From NCBI GenBank assembly GCA_951406725.2, contig OX597826.1, positions 24,552,001-24,616,000 on the forward strand: a stretch of 64,000 bases of DNA. The letters run 5' to 3'. The notes under the pieces are model-generated. The model had not been told where the DNA came from. It did not search any database and saw nothing but the letters and a program-made list of their open reading frames with translations. This document shows, piece after piece, positions 1 to 11,989 of this stretch; the first letter of the stretch is position 1; each line of letters opens with the position of its first letter. This DNA comes from Octopus vulgaris. Taxonomy: Eukaryota. The position numbers were made by a program, and so were the translations under genes.

Positions 1-530
1 GCGACAGACTGATTTGAGGAAGACTAAAGTGAAAGTATTCTGTCCATGACGCTGATAGATACATGAGTAAAATGTATGGGAAGCTAAGAGCTAAGAGTGA
101 GTGAAAATGTTCTTGGAAGAGAGTAATCTCTTATTATAAAAGGCAGATTTTATCTGCCTCCCTTTGGGAGTTATACAAATCTACAATATAGGATTTCTTC
201 AATTACAATTTACCTGGCATTTTTGAGAGTACAATGCATCGCGTCATGCCAGGTCCAGTTTTTAAAATTTAAACTCCAATTAAGCAAAATTTACAGAAAA
301 CTCACATTCTGGTGTGTGTGTCAAATGCTTTTCTTAGTCTGGTTTACACCACACGCAAACGCACACACACAGTGGGCAACGAATAAAATGAAAGTAAATA
401 GCGACAGAGTGATTTGAGGAAGACTAAAGTGAAAGTATTCTGTCTATGACGCTGATAGATATATGAGTAAAATGTATGGGAAGCTAAGAGCTAAGAGTGA
501 GTGAAAATGTTCTTGGAAGAGAGTAATTAG
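1..530 (+). repeat. 400-bp-period direct repeat, possibly a tandem Helitron-like unit
   Basis: 1-127 recurs at 401-527 with about 3 mismatches. The unit junction reads A|TCTCTTATTATAAAA, resembling a Helitron 5' TC end. Confidence 0.6.
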
Positions 531-542
531 TAATAAAGTAAA

Positions 543-574
543 CATACACTACATACATACATACATACATACAT

Positions 575-630
<56 letters not shown>

Positions 631-720
631 ACACACACATACATACATACATACATACATATATACATACATACATACATATACATACATACATACACAC
701 ACACACATACACACACACAC
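543..720. repeat. (ACAT)n/(AC)n compound microsatellite
   Basis: Directly visible in the sequence. Confidence 0.95.
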
Positions 721-879
721 AGTATTGAAGCTTGAGAACAATCAGATACATTTGCAACACATCTGTTGAAAATATTATTGTTCACACACATACATATACA
801 TATATACATACAGACAGACAGACAGATAGACACACACACACACACACACACATGATCCAGCATGGCCACAACCTCAAGG

Positions 880-1272
880 CTGAAACATATAAAAGAATAA
901 CAGAATATAAATGTGTGCAAAGTACAAGAAATATTAATGCAGTATATGGGGATTGGACAATAAGCGTAAGGCAGTGTCAATGGTGGTTCCAGAAATCCCG
1001 AGCCATAAACTACAGCCTAGAAGACGAGCCTCATCCGGAAAGATCTGTAGAACTCGACAAGGACATCCTGAAAACCCTGGTGGAACAAAATATCATCGTA
1101 ACTGTTGAGGAACTAGCAGAGAAGCTTGGATTTGGTCATTCAACCATTCATTGACACCTGTGTGCTATCGGAAAAGTCAGCAAATTGGGTCAATGGGTTC
1201 CTCATGAACTTTCCGAGTCTAATTGCATGCAGAGAGTGAATGTATGCTTTTCTTTGCTGTCATATCTCACCA
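880..1272 (+). mobile_element. mariner transposase N-terminal (HTH) remnant
   Basis: RNINAVYGDWTISVRQCQWWFQK..SLEDEPHPERS..TVEELAEKLG, followed after a stop by the KLGQWVPHEL motif. Truncated. Confidence 0.85.
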
Positions 1273-1289
1273 CTACTGCGCTATGTATA

Positions 1290-1915
1290 TCTATATATAT
1301 AAAACTGTAGTTGTGTGAGTGTCTGTCCCCTTCGATTTAGATTCCTAACTACTCCCACATTTTGCGGTACAGTTTAACCAAATTCGGGTAGCTTATAGTC
1401 GTGATTCATATCGAGCCCGTCTGAATATTAGCGCGCGTCTACGATGAGTCTACGATTTTAAAAATAATTTAACATCATTTTTTATTCCATTTTAATGCAT
1501 AATTTTTCGTGTGTCGATGGCGGCGGAGTTGGCGTCCACGCTCACACCTGCACCTGTGGGGAAGGGAGTGTAAGGAAATCAACGTCGTAATGCGTTGTCA
1601 AGGAGACCAGTGTTCTTTTAGAACAACGACTTCATGGCTTGAAGACACCAAAACAGAAATGGCTAAGAAAGCGTCTACATGAGTCTACGATTTAAAAAAA
1701 AATTTACCATCGTTTTTTTTCCATTTTAATGCATTTTTTCGCTATTATATAAGGGAAGTAACTCTCTAAAAATGTCTACGATGAGTCAACGATTTAAAAA
1801 AAAATTTACCATCATATTTTTTCCATTTTTAATGCATTTTTTGCTATAACTCTCTAAAAATGCTTATATAGTTATTTCCCTTACAAACCCGAGCAACGCC
1901 GGGCGATACTGCTAG
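1290..1915 (+). mobile_element. non-autonomous Helitron
   Basis: 5' A|TCTATATATATAAAA start. Subterminal hairpin CCCGagcaacgcCGGG (1888-1903). 3' CTAG|T end. Three internal copies of a ~70-bp unit. Confidence 0.85.
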
Positions 1916-1927
1916 TATATATATATA

Positions 1928-2006
<79 letters not shown>

Positions 2007-2073
2007 CTATATACCTATATATATATATACATCTATATATCTATATATATATATATACATCTATATATCTATA

Positions 2074-2107
<34 letters not shown>
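1916..2107. repeat. (TA)n microsatellite
   Basis: Directly visible in the sequence. Confidence 0.95.
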
Positions 2108-2108
<1 letters not shown>

Positions 2109-2443
2109 CAATTGTAGATAGAGAGAAACTCTATATATATATTGTCTGGACCTAGTTGTTTTCTATTTTCATGAATTTATATTCTCTGCTATGTCAGCTT
2201 GAACTAGCAGATAATTTGAATAAGAATAAAAGATAAAGTTTGCAGTAGAGACAGCTATAATCAATTGAATTGTTCTTGATATGTGACTGGTACTTATTTT
2301 ATGAAACCCTCAAAGAATGAAAGGCAAAAATTAACAAATCTGGTGAAGCTGAACTCAAAACATAATTAAACACTAGTTCCCCCCACATACTACAACCGCC
2401 ACTGCCACAGCAGCAACAACAACAATCTTATGCTTCAGTTTAC

Positions 2444-2544
2444 CTTTTTACATTGCCACTGTGGGGCAGCACAAGGTCGAATATCAGTCTCCTGACCACA
2501 CTGACACTTCTGCTGACTGGTTTTAGGACATGGTGGACAGTCCC
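2444..2544 (-). CDS. NFXL1: NFXL1 coding exon 7
   Basis: (G)[33 protein letters not shown]; AG/GT boundaries; phase 1 to 0. Confidence 0.9.
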
Positions 2545-5500
2545 CTAGAAGTATAAAGAATTATAAGTAAAATTAAATATTTTTATTACCAATTACGAGT
2601 CTACATGAAATGGTTTACAAATAACTACATACTGAAGCATTAATTCTACATAGCATATGTTGAGCTACCTTGTTTTGTTATTTTTATTATTGAAGTATAA
2701 TGAGGCAAGAGGATTTATAATTTCTCTGTAACCATTATGGTGTGTGCGCGATTTGAATATAAAGGCACCTACCTTCTCTTCCTCACGATGGAGACCCTCC
2801 AGTGGTAACTAGTCCTTCGACACAGCCCCGACACGAACACTAACGATAGCAGCTGCTAGCCCAAACCCTTAGCGACGTCCTCACACGTCTTGTCACCTGG
2901 ATGACCCACGTTGGAAAAAGCCCAATTGACCGCTGCCTGCGCACGCCTGACAGCTGCCCCTTCCAGTTGCACCCAGCTGCTGACGTCATCCCACACGCCA
3001 CCCTGATCTTAAAGATCACAATCTCTCCGCTCCATGTTGTAGTCCACCATCCAACCGGGAGAGCGCCTTGCTCGTCGAGATCTTCTCAAGCTGGGCACCT
3101 CGTTCTCCCCCTCTCCAGAATCGTCGTCCGTCAAAGCGATAAACCTGCGAAGGTCCAAGACGTGTCGTGGCGTTCCATCTATGGATACGTCGTTTCTGGA
3201 ATTGACCGCCGTCACCGTTCCTCTGCTCCATTGAGCGTGCCTTTGGTGGCTTGACCCAGACTTCCTCCCCTATTTTCACGCGAACGGGTCCCTTCTCTTC
3301 TTCGTGATCCTCCGGAGCTTTGCTCAGGTGTCTCCATTCATATTTGAACACAGCTCTCTGCGGCACAGATTCCTCAGCTTGTCCGGATCGGGGAGACAAG
3401 TTGTACCAAAAAACTGCTTCAAGCGGCGAAATGTGCCCTCTTTCCGCTATGGCCTTGACTGTCCAATGGTGCCTCTCCACGATCCCGTTACCGCTCGGCC
3501 TATACGCTGCTCTGAACAAGCGTCGCATATTCCACCAATCAAGCATAACCCTCAATGCTTCCGAACGAAACGCCGCTCCGTTGTCCATCAGTAGTTCTTC
3601 CACGGGACCTCTCTCTAAGAATATCCCATTCAGGATCTGCGCGATCTCGTCAGCAATGCCCGATCTCAACTCCCTCCAAATGGCCAGCCGACCCGGCCCG
3701 CAGTCGACCATGGACAGGTACATTCGCTGACGGTAGTGTGTCACATCCACAGCTAGCCTTTTCCAGTTCTGCTCCACGGAAAGGCTTCCCTGTTCATGCC
3801 CACACGGAGCAGGGTCGATGGACTGACACCTGTCGCAGCTCCCGACCACCTTCCGGATGCTTCTCCTAGTGACGTCAGCATCAATTTTCTTCGCCAGATA
3901 CAGGGTCCTGTCCACACCCAGGTGATGCATAGCATGCAGTTTCTTCAGTTCAGAGTCATCCAACCGACATGCCGCAGCTATCCCTTTCGGGGCCTCCTCC
4001 GGTTCTTCCAACCACGCTCTTTTCACCCAGGTCAGTACGTCCGCCCTGTTTTTCTCCGAAGGCACGAAAACCATGCTCAGCTTCAGTCCGAACTCGGCGA
4101 TCAATTCACCTAGAACTCCTAGACGGTGCTTCACTAACATCTCCGCAGCACCTTTCGTCCGTACTCTCCTTTCACTGGTGATCACCGATCCTACCCAGCC
4201 AAGCACAGTGGCCGAATCCGTCCGGATTTCAATCGTGCGCAGCCCTCATTTCAAGGCCAAGTTCACCCCTTTCAGCACCACGTCTAATTCGGTGACGTTG
4301 ATGTGGTTGAAATCATCTGCTTTCCGAAGCCAGGCTGCGTCCTCCACCGCAGCGCCTTTGATTGCCAACACCACCCCTATCGCTATACTGCTGGCATCAC
4401 ACCAGACGGTCCCGCATTCCGTCTTGGGCACGTACCAGTTCCCCCTGACCGGGTCTTCCGCTCTCATCCTCTCTAGGATTTCCTGCATCATCGCCACTGT
4501 CCCTTCTCCCACCTTGTCGCCCCACCTCTCCCCTTCTGCTTGTCTCTTGGTGTAACTACACGCCATGCGCAGCCATCCAGCGATCAGGTAGTGACTGACC
4601 AACTTCCCACACACCGAGAACAGCTCTCTCCTGCTGACGCTGGAACTCAGCTCTGGGATCTCATTTCCTCTCCGGAACACCAATTCACCCGATCCAGCTC
4701 TTCGCAGCTTCAGCCCCAGCGTGGCTCCCCTTTCAATTGACTCCGGTGGCTTAGCAATCAGTCCGAACTTCTCCAGATGACTAACTACCTCGTTGGCTGG
4801 CACTACAGTTTCGTCCACCAAAATGTCGTCAATGGTGGCTTTCTAATCTTGCCGTCTTTCCCTAGGACGGACCTAAACACTGCCGCCATGATCTTCGGTG
4901 CGGAATTCAGCCCGAAACCCAGCCTGGTTAGACAGTACGTCCGGCTCTTGTACCGCACCAGCTGATATCGCCACAGTTTGTCGATCACATGGAACTGCAT
5001 GTATGCCAATCTCAAGTCGACAATCGTCGCTGCCTCAGTCGACTGTCTCCACTTACGTAACGCCTCGCCACAAACGTCTGTCGCCTCACCTCTCGTGTGA
5101 CACGATATGTGCTGGTTTAGCTCCCTGAAGTCCAGCACCGGTCTGACTTTTCCCTTCGTAGGCTGCACCACCGCCATCAGGGGTAGCACTCCGCCCACTA
5201 CCTCTCCTTCCAAGGGACAAGGACCCCTTCCTCGATCCACCTCTCCACCTCGTCTTCAAACTCGACCCTGGCGTGGCCTTTCAGGGTATGCTGGTAACAG
5301 CTCACCCTGTTTTCCAGCGTCGGGGGCTCGTCCTTCCATCGCCACTCTATCATCCACCGCCGACCATCGAACGCCGCCTGAAAGTCTTTGTCCTCGATGG
5401 TGTAAGCGGCGCAGTCCCTCGCGGGGCTCTGCTCTCTCTGGCGATCCTGACTTGCAGTGCATGACGCCCCCACGCTTCCAAACATGACCTCATTTCCCAC

Positions 5501-8500
5501 AACACTGACGCCACCGAAGCAGTTGATGGCGTCCATCCCCATCACCTCCATCTATCACGCATTCGGCCACAATTGCCTGCAGCCTTAGTGTCGCGCCGCG
5601 CACCACTATCTTTACCTTGCTGCTGCCTCTGCAATGGATTTCGCTGCCGTCGACTGCCCGGACACTACTCACCCCGTTCCATTCCTTCGTCACCCTCGAA
5701 GTCACAAGGGTTGTCGTACAGCCCGTATCCACGAGGGCCTTGAACGTCTTCCCCTCGGCCTCCACGTCAATCAATGGCAGCGTCTCCAATAGTGCCTCTA
5801 CTCGTTTGCGGGGAAAGTTCGAGAGGCAGCAACTTCCCCACGGTCGTTTCCCTGGTCGCAATCACGGGCAATGTGCCCTGTCTGCCTGCATCGATAGCAA
5901 ACGGGACCCGGCTGCGTACAGTCCCGCGCCATGTGCGGTCCCTGGCATCTAAAACACCGTCCTGAGAACGGCCGCTCTCGTTGCATGGTAAGCTTCTGTA
6001 CGTCTTTCTCGGGACGTCGTCCGTCTTTACGCACCTCCGTCACCGCCATCGCTATCGCCTTCCGCCCAGAGTGTCTCGTCAACACACGAGCCTGAGCCAC
6101 AAGTTCGCTCAGCGGCATCTTTTTAATCTCGGGCAGTCGTTGTAGGTGAATCCCTACATCGTCGGGGAACCCATTCACAAACGCCAGCCGGGCTGCTCTC
6201 TCCAGCCCTTCTCCCGCAAACCCAGCCAGAGTCGCTAACCTTCTAACTTCTGATGCATAGTCATCCACTTGGCCTCCCGTCCACCTGATTGCACCTAGCT
6301 TAGCAAAAGCTGTGTATTTGCATTCCGTGTAGGCATCCCGCAAGCATCGCTCTATGTTCTCCTCGCTGAGCCGTTCCTCTTCATCCATCTCTAGGTATAG
6401 CGTTAAGGCGCTCCCTTCTAAATACAGCGCCATAAGACTCGCCACATCGCTTATACCTTGCAGTCTTGCCACCAGCCTGATTTTGCGAATCCAGGCCACT
6501 ACATTGCCTTCGCCATTAAAAGGTCTGACGACGTCGCTGGTGATCCTAATTTTTGCAGACATCGTGGCGACGAATCATGTTCAAATGTAAATGTTTAAGA
6601 ACGGCCAAAATAGCTTGTGGTGTGTGCGCGATTTGAATATAAAGGCACCTACCTTCTCTTCCTCGCGATGGAGACCCTCCAGTGGTAACTAGTCCTTCGA
6701 CACAGCCCTGACACGAACACTAACGATAGCAGCTGCTAGCCCAAACCCTTAGCGATGTCCTCACACGTCTTGTCACCTGGATGACCCACGTTGGAAAAAG
6801 CCCAATTGACCGCTGCCTGCGCACGCCTGACAGCTGCCCCTTCCGGTCAACGCACCCAGCTGCTGACGTCATCCCACAACCATAGAATACGTGTGTGTAT
6901 ATAATATCTCTGTAACTTCAGAGTTCAAAAAATCATTGTGTTGTGTCCTGTGTAAAAATTGTAACTAATTAATCAATAAAGTCATGTTTTATTCTTTCTT
7001 TACAGTTCAGTTATTAGCTGAAAGATAACCATCTAAACATCCAACTGAAAAAAACAATTGCTCCAACTAAAAAAAAAAAAAAAGCCATCCCACCAATGTG
7101 ATCTTATAAAAAATGTGAACAGGGAAAAAAACCCCAAGAAAATATGAATTATTACGAAATCCATTTCTTTGTGAAATGTTATTTTAATATGTGAAATATA
7201 CAGAAATTTGATAACCATATCTGCCTACCTTCATGACATGCTTGTTGACAGTAGTGTTGTTGACAGAGTAAAAGACGTCTACAAGGCTGCCCACATGACC
7301 ATACTTTGTCAGAGCAGCGTCGCATTTTTGCTGGAGACTGTTGGCAATGGCAGAGAGCTTTCAATATTTTAGGACATGGAGGGCAAGGACCTGAATATAA
7401 CCCAGCGACAAATTATAGTACAAATATATAATACATTTAAACAACACTAACATTTAACATTACTACCAAATGAAAAGTTTTTTAAATGGGAAGGGGGGAA
7501 TGCTATGAATTTACAACAAAAAAGAAAGATTTTACACTTTATTTTAAAAAAGAAACTAGTTTCTTCAACATATTATTACATAATTTTAATTGTTACACAA
7601 GTAAGTATAGAAGCAAACTGATTGAAGCATTATTATTATTGTTGTTGTTGAAAGGTTTAGGAAATTTTTGCCTATTATCAGTGAGTGTATATTTAGTAAA
7701 GATTGAAAATGGCTTTAGCAGATATGTAATTAATATATTAAATTACCTGGATGGCAGAGTAATAAACAACAATGTCCACAGAGGGGTATTAGTTGTTTTC
7801 CACATGTCTGTCCACAAGAATGTGGTACTAACCATGGATCAAAACGTGGGTCTTCGACTTGACCGCAAAAACATTTATAACGAACCGGACAGTCTTTTTG
7901 TTTATATTCGAATCTGCATTTTGGGCTAGAAGAGAAAAAGGAAACCTCATTTTTTTAAACATGTATTTCTATCTTAAATAGAAAATATGGAAACTTTTCT
8001 ATGATAAACAAGAGAAATTTTCATTTGAGGATTTAAAAATTAATAACTTCTATCCATTTTCTCTGTTCACTGTGCCTGAGAGAGTCATAGAGGCACAGTC
8101 TCAGGCACCACCCCCATGGGGTCCTATCAGTAGCAACTGTCATTACACTTTCCAGCTAGATTCTCAAGCACGACCAATGGAGATTATGGATATTATCCAA
8201 CCATCTCATTCTTGGTCTACTACTAGGTCTCCTGCAAGTTGCCTTGCAATTATTTCCTGTAACATTCTAATCCCATGTCCTTGGTACCCGAGCTACGATC
8301 TCTCAATGCTGAGAAGTAGTGGCACTGAGCAACACACCCTGATGAGTTACACCAAATCTTCTTTGGAAGAATCCAGTTTCAGCTGTTTGTATTCATAATT
8401 GTACTCTTTCAGTCATTACCCAACATTCATGACCATAGGTAAGGATAGGTAAGAAACCTAATTGAATTTTTTTTTTTATCAACATTTCCTCAACTGGGGA

Positions 8501-10245
8501 TTGAATGCTGGAACTGGCACATTATAATACCAGCACCTGCAAATCTAGCATCCAACTCAGGTTCTTGTTTCCCACTGTTTCATGTGGTACTTCAACTTCT
8601 CTTGACTTCAGTGTGAATTAATTAACTTCTAACGATTAATTCAAAACTGAAACTACATAAACTTTCTCAATTAGACAGAATGGTGTGTGTTGCATAACAA
8701 GGACTTGATATAATGAATGTAGTAGACTCATTCTAAATACAATAGAACAAAAATTCTTTCGGTATTGTAGCTATTATTATTATTATTCAATTAATACACT
8801 GTGTCATGTTGAGTCTGCCTGAAAATTATGTTATGGTTTATATGTCCATGGAATGTGTCTCCACTTACACATCGTTTTACAAGCAAGAAATTCAGTTGAT
8901 CAAACAGCTGAATTCCCATTATGAAAAGGCAGAAATCTTCCAATCAATCAAAATAAATTTTCAGAATGTCAGGTTACTAGAGACAAGACCATTTTTTTGT
9001 CTTTTTTTTATATAAAGATAGCAACAATCCTACTAATTATGTTACTATAACTTATTTACCAGATATAAATAATGCTAGTTAGAAAATCTCTATAAGAGAT
9101 GAAAGCAGTAATTATATTGAGAATGTGAGCTGAAGCAAACTACTGCTATCTCTAGTGGACGAGTATCCACCACTGAGGATGAGCACAAAACTGTATGGTC
9201 CTGTGGTTCTGTCGCTGGAAGTTGGTAGAGGTTCACTCCCCTGTTTGCAATATATACTGGGTGCAGATTGCATCAAGCAACCAGCTGGACGAGGTGTCTT
9301 CCTTGGGTTAAAATGGTAGTAATGTTGGTTCCTATGAAACAGCCATGCTGAAGTGATGATAAACATAAATAATGCTACAATGCAAAAAAATCATCCATTG
9401 TTTCATTTAATGATTTAAATGACCATGGGAGTCTACAGCAATTAAAAAAATGCCAGTATGGAAGGCGGACGTTAAACAACCAGACATTGATAAATATATC
9501 CAAACATAAATGTATGTATATACATATTTCTTTCTCTTTTAGTTTCAGTCCAAGGACTGTGGCCATGCTGGGGCACTGATATATATATATATATAAGTTA
9601 TTTGCTAACTACAAAACGAAATTAATATAGATGATTACACCTGTTTAAGTTGATATATTTTCAATATTACATATTTATGAACAAAGTCTGGAGAAAAATA
9701 TTTTTCTTGAAAATTCTGTATTATTTATTGTAGGAATCATCAGGAATTAGTAAATTGGTGCTAAGCACAAGATTAATTTTTAATTAGATTTATGGTTTTT
9801 TTTTATATGTACACTCAAACTGGGTGCTATTCATGTATTCTTGCTCTGCCATCCAACAGAAGGTTTAACACCACTTAAAGTTAGAAAGCTACACTTTTAA
9901 AAGGACTATAGCTGCATGATTAGAATATAACTAACAAACCTGATCACTGTAGCTTTGTAAAAGTGGCTACTCCATGCACCATAGGTAAAAAATAACTTGA
10001 AGGTATTAAACAAAAATGAGTTGGATGGCTTGACAAGGAACTGGCAAGGCCAGAGGCCACACAAAGTTCCATAATCTGTTTTGGTTTGGTTTCTACAGCT
10101 GGATACCCTTTCTAATGCCAACTATTTTAGAGTGTACTGGGTACTTTTTACATGGTACCATCACCAGTTCATTTTATGTGGCACCATCACCATCAAATAA
10201 TTTTGATATTTGTTCTTTTGTATTCCATCATGTTTTTCCATTATA

Positions 10246-10276
<31 letters not shown>

Positions 10277-11949
10277 CATCATCATCGTTTAACGTCCGCT
10301 TTCCATGCTAGCATGGGTTGGACGGTTCAACTGGGGTCTGGGGAGCCCGAAGGCTGCACGAGGCCAGTCAGATCTGGCAGTGCTTCTACAGCTGGATGCC
10401 CTTCCTAACGCCAACCACTCCGAGAGTGTAGTGGGTGATTTTATGTGCCACCGACACAGGTGCCAGACGAGGCTGGCGAACGGCCACGCTCGGATGGTGT
10501 TTTTTATGTGCCACCGACACAAGTGCCAGACGAGGCTGGCAGACGGCCATGCTCGGATGGTGTTTTTTATGTGCCACTGACACAAGTGCCAGACGAGGCT
10601 GGCGAACGGCCACGATCGGATGGTGTTTATTACGTTCCCACAGCACGGAGGCCAGTCGATGCGGTACTGGCTACGGCCACGTTCGGATGGTTTTTTTATG
10701 TGCCACCGGCACTGGTACCACAAAGATACAAATTCCATTGATGTTCATTTTGATTTGGTTTGATTTTGGTTTGATTTTCACTTGCCTCAACAGGTCTTCA
10801 CAAGTGTCACAAGAAGGAAGGTATGCACAGGTGGACTGACTACGTCCCAGGTAGGGGCCACGGGTTATGGCCTCACTAGTCTTGCCGGGTCTTCTCACGC
10901 ACAGCATACTTCCATAGGTCTCGGTCTCTAGTCATTTCCTTGGTGAGACCTAAAGTTCAAAGGTCGTGCTTCACCACCTCGTCCCAGGTTTTCCTGGGTC
11001 TACCTCTTCCACAGGTTCCCTCAACTGCTAGGGTGTAGCACTTTTGCACACAACTATCTTCAGCCATTCTCGTCACATGACCATACCAGCGCAGCCGTCT
11101 CTCTTGCACACCACAACTGATGCTTCTTAGGTTCAACTTTTCTCTCAAGGTACTTACACTCTGTCGATTATGAACACTGACATTACAGATCCATCGGAGC
11201 ATACTGGCTTCATTTCTTGCGAGCTTACGCATATCCTCAGCCGTCACGGCCCATGTTTCACTACCATGTAGCATGGCTGTACGTACACATGCATCATACA
11301 GTCTGCCTTTTACTCTGAGCGAGAGGCCTTTTGTCACCAGCAGGGGTAAGAGCTCTCTAAACTTTGCCCAGGCTATTCTACTCTAGCCGTTACACTTTCA
11401 GCACACCCACCCCCGCTACTGACTTGGTCACCTAGGTAGCGGAAGCTATCAACTACTTCTAGTTTGTCTCCCTGGAACATGGTAGAAGTTGGTCTCTGCA
11501 CATTTCCAGTGTTTATTGCTCCTGAGCATCTGCCACAGACAAAAACTATTTTCCTAGTTAGCCTTCCTTTGACATTGCTGCACCTCTTATGTGTCCATAG
11601 CTTACACTTGGTGCACCTTATAGAGTTTCTACCTACACCTTTTTTACAGATCGAGCAGGGCCATCTACCTGAAGTCGTTTGTGATTGGTCCACCTTCCTA
11701 CTTATAAGGACTTTGGTTTTGGCTAGGTTGATTCTAAGGCCCTTCGATTCTAATCCTTGTTTCCACACCTGAAACTTCTCCTGAAGGGCTTATTTTAATT
11801 TCCCTTGATCAAATCTACCCATAAGGTTTAGTTGGTACAAGGCTGTAGCATACGACACTTGTTCTGCAGTAGGACTAAATCCAGAACCATGTGTTTGGGA
11901 AGCAAACTTCTTAACCACACAGCCGTGCCTGCATACGCACATGCACTCA

Positions 11950-11989
<40 letters not shown>

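Larger units (their letters stand above)
2736..6878 (-). mobile_element. full-length but decayed compact LTR retrotransposon (Ty3/Gypsy domain order gag-PR-RT-RH-IN) in an NFXL1 intron
   Basis: LTRs 2736-2995 and 6616-6878 (TG..CA; left TG mutated to TA). TSD ACCAT at 2731-2735 and 6879-6883. PPT-like AAGATCAGGGTGGCG before the 3' LTR. Confidence 0.95.

Noticed and set aside
484-980. CVCV/MYV ORFs
   Set aside because: Microsatellite translations.
2901-5965. Many plus-strand ORFs within the LTR element
   Set aside because: Antisense to GC-rich pol, with no recognisable motifs.
6596-6607. TGGCCGTTCTTA near the PBS matches a conserved 18S rRNA stretch
   Set aside because: It is the same sense as rRNA, so rRNA cannot prime from it. 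It is only 12 nt and 8 nt away from the LTR, so it is treated as chance.
7486-7929. 147-aa plus-strand ORF
   Set aside because: Antisense shadow of an NFXL1 exon.
10289-10839. ORFs with 21-aa repeats; CRISPR-like periodicity
   Set aside because: 63-bp tandem repeats in a LINE 3' UTR, with no unique spacers, in a eukaryotic context.
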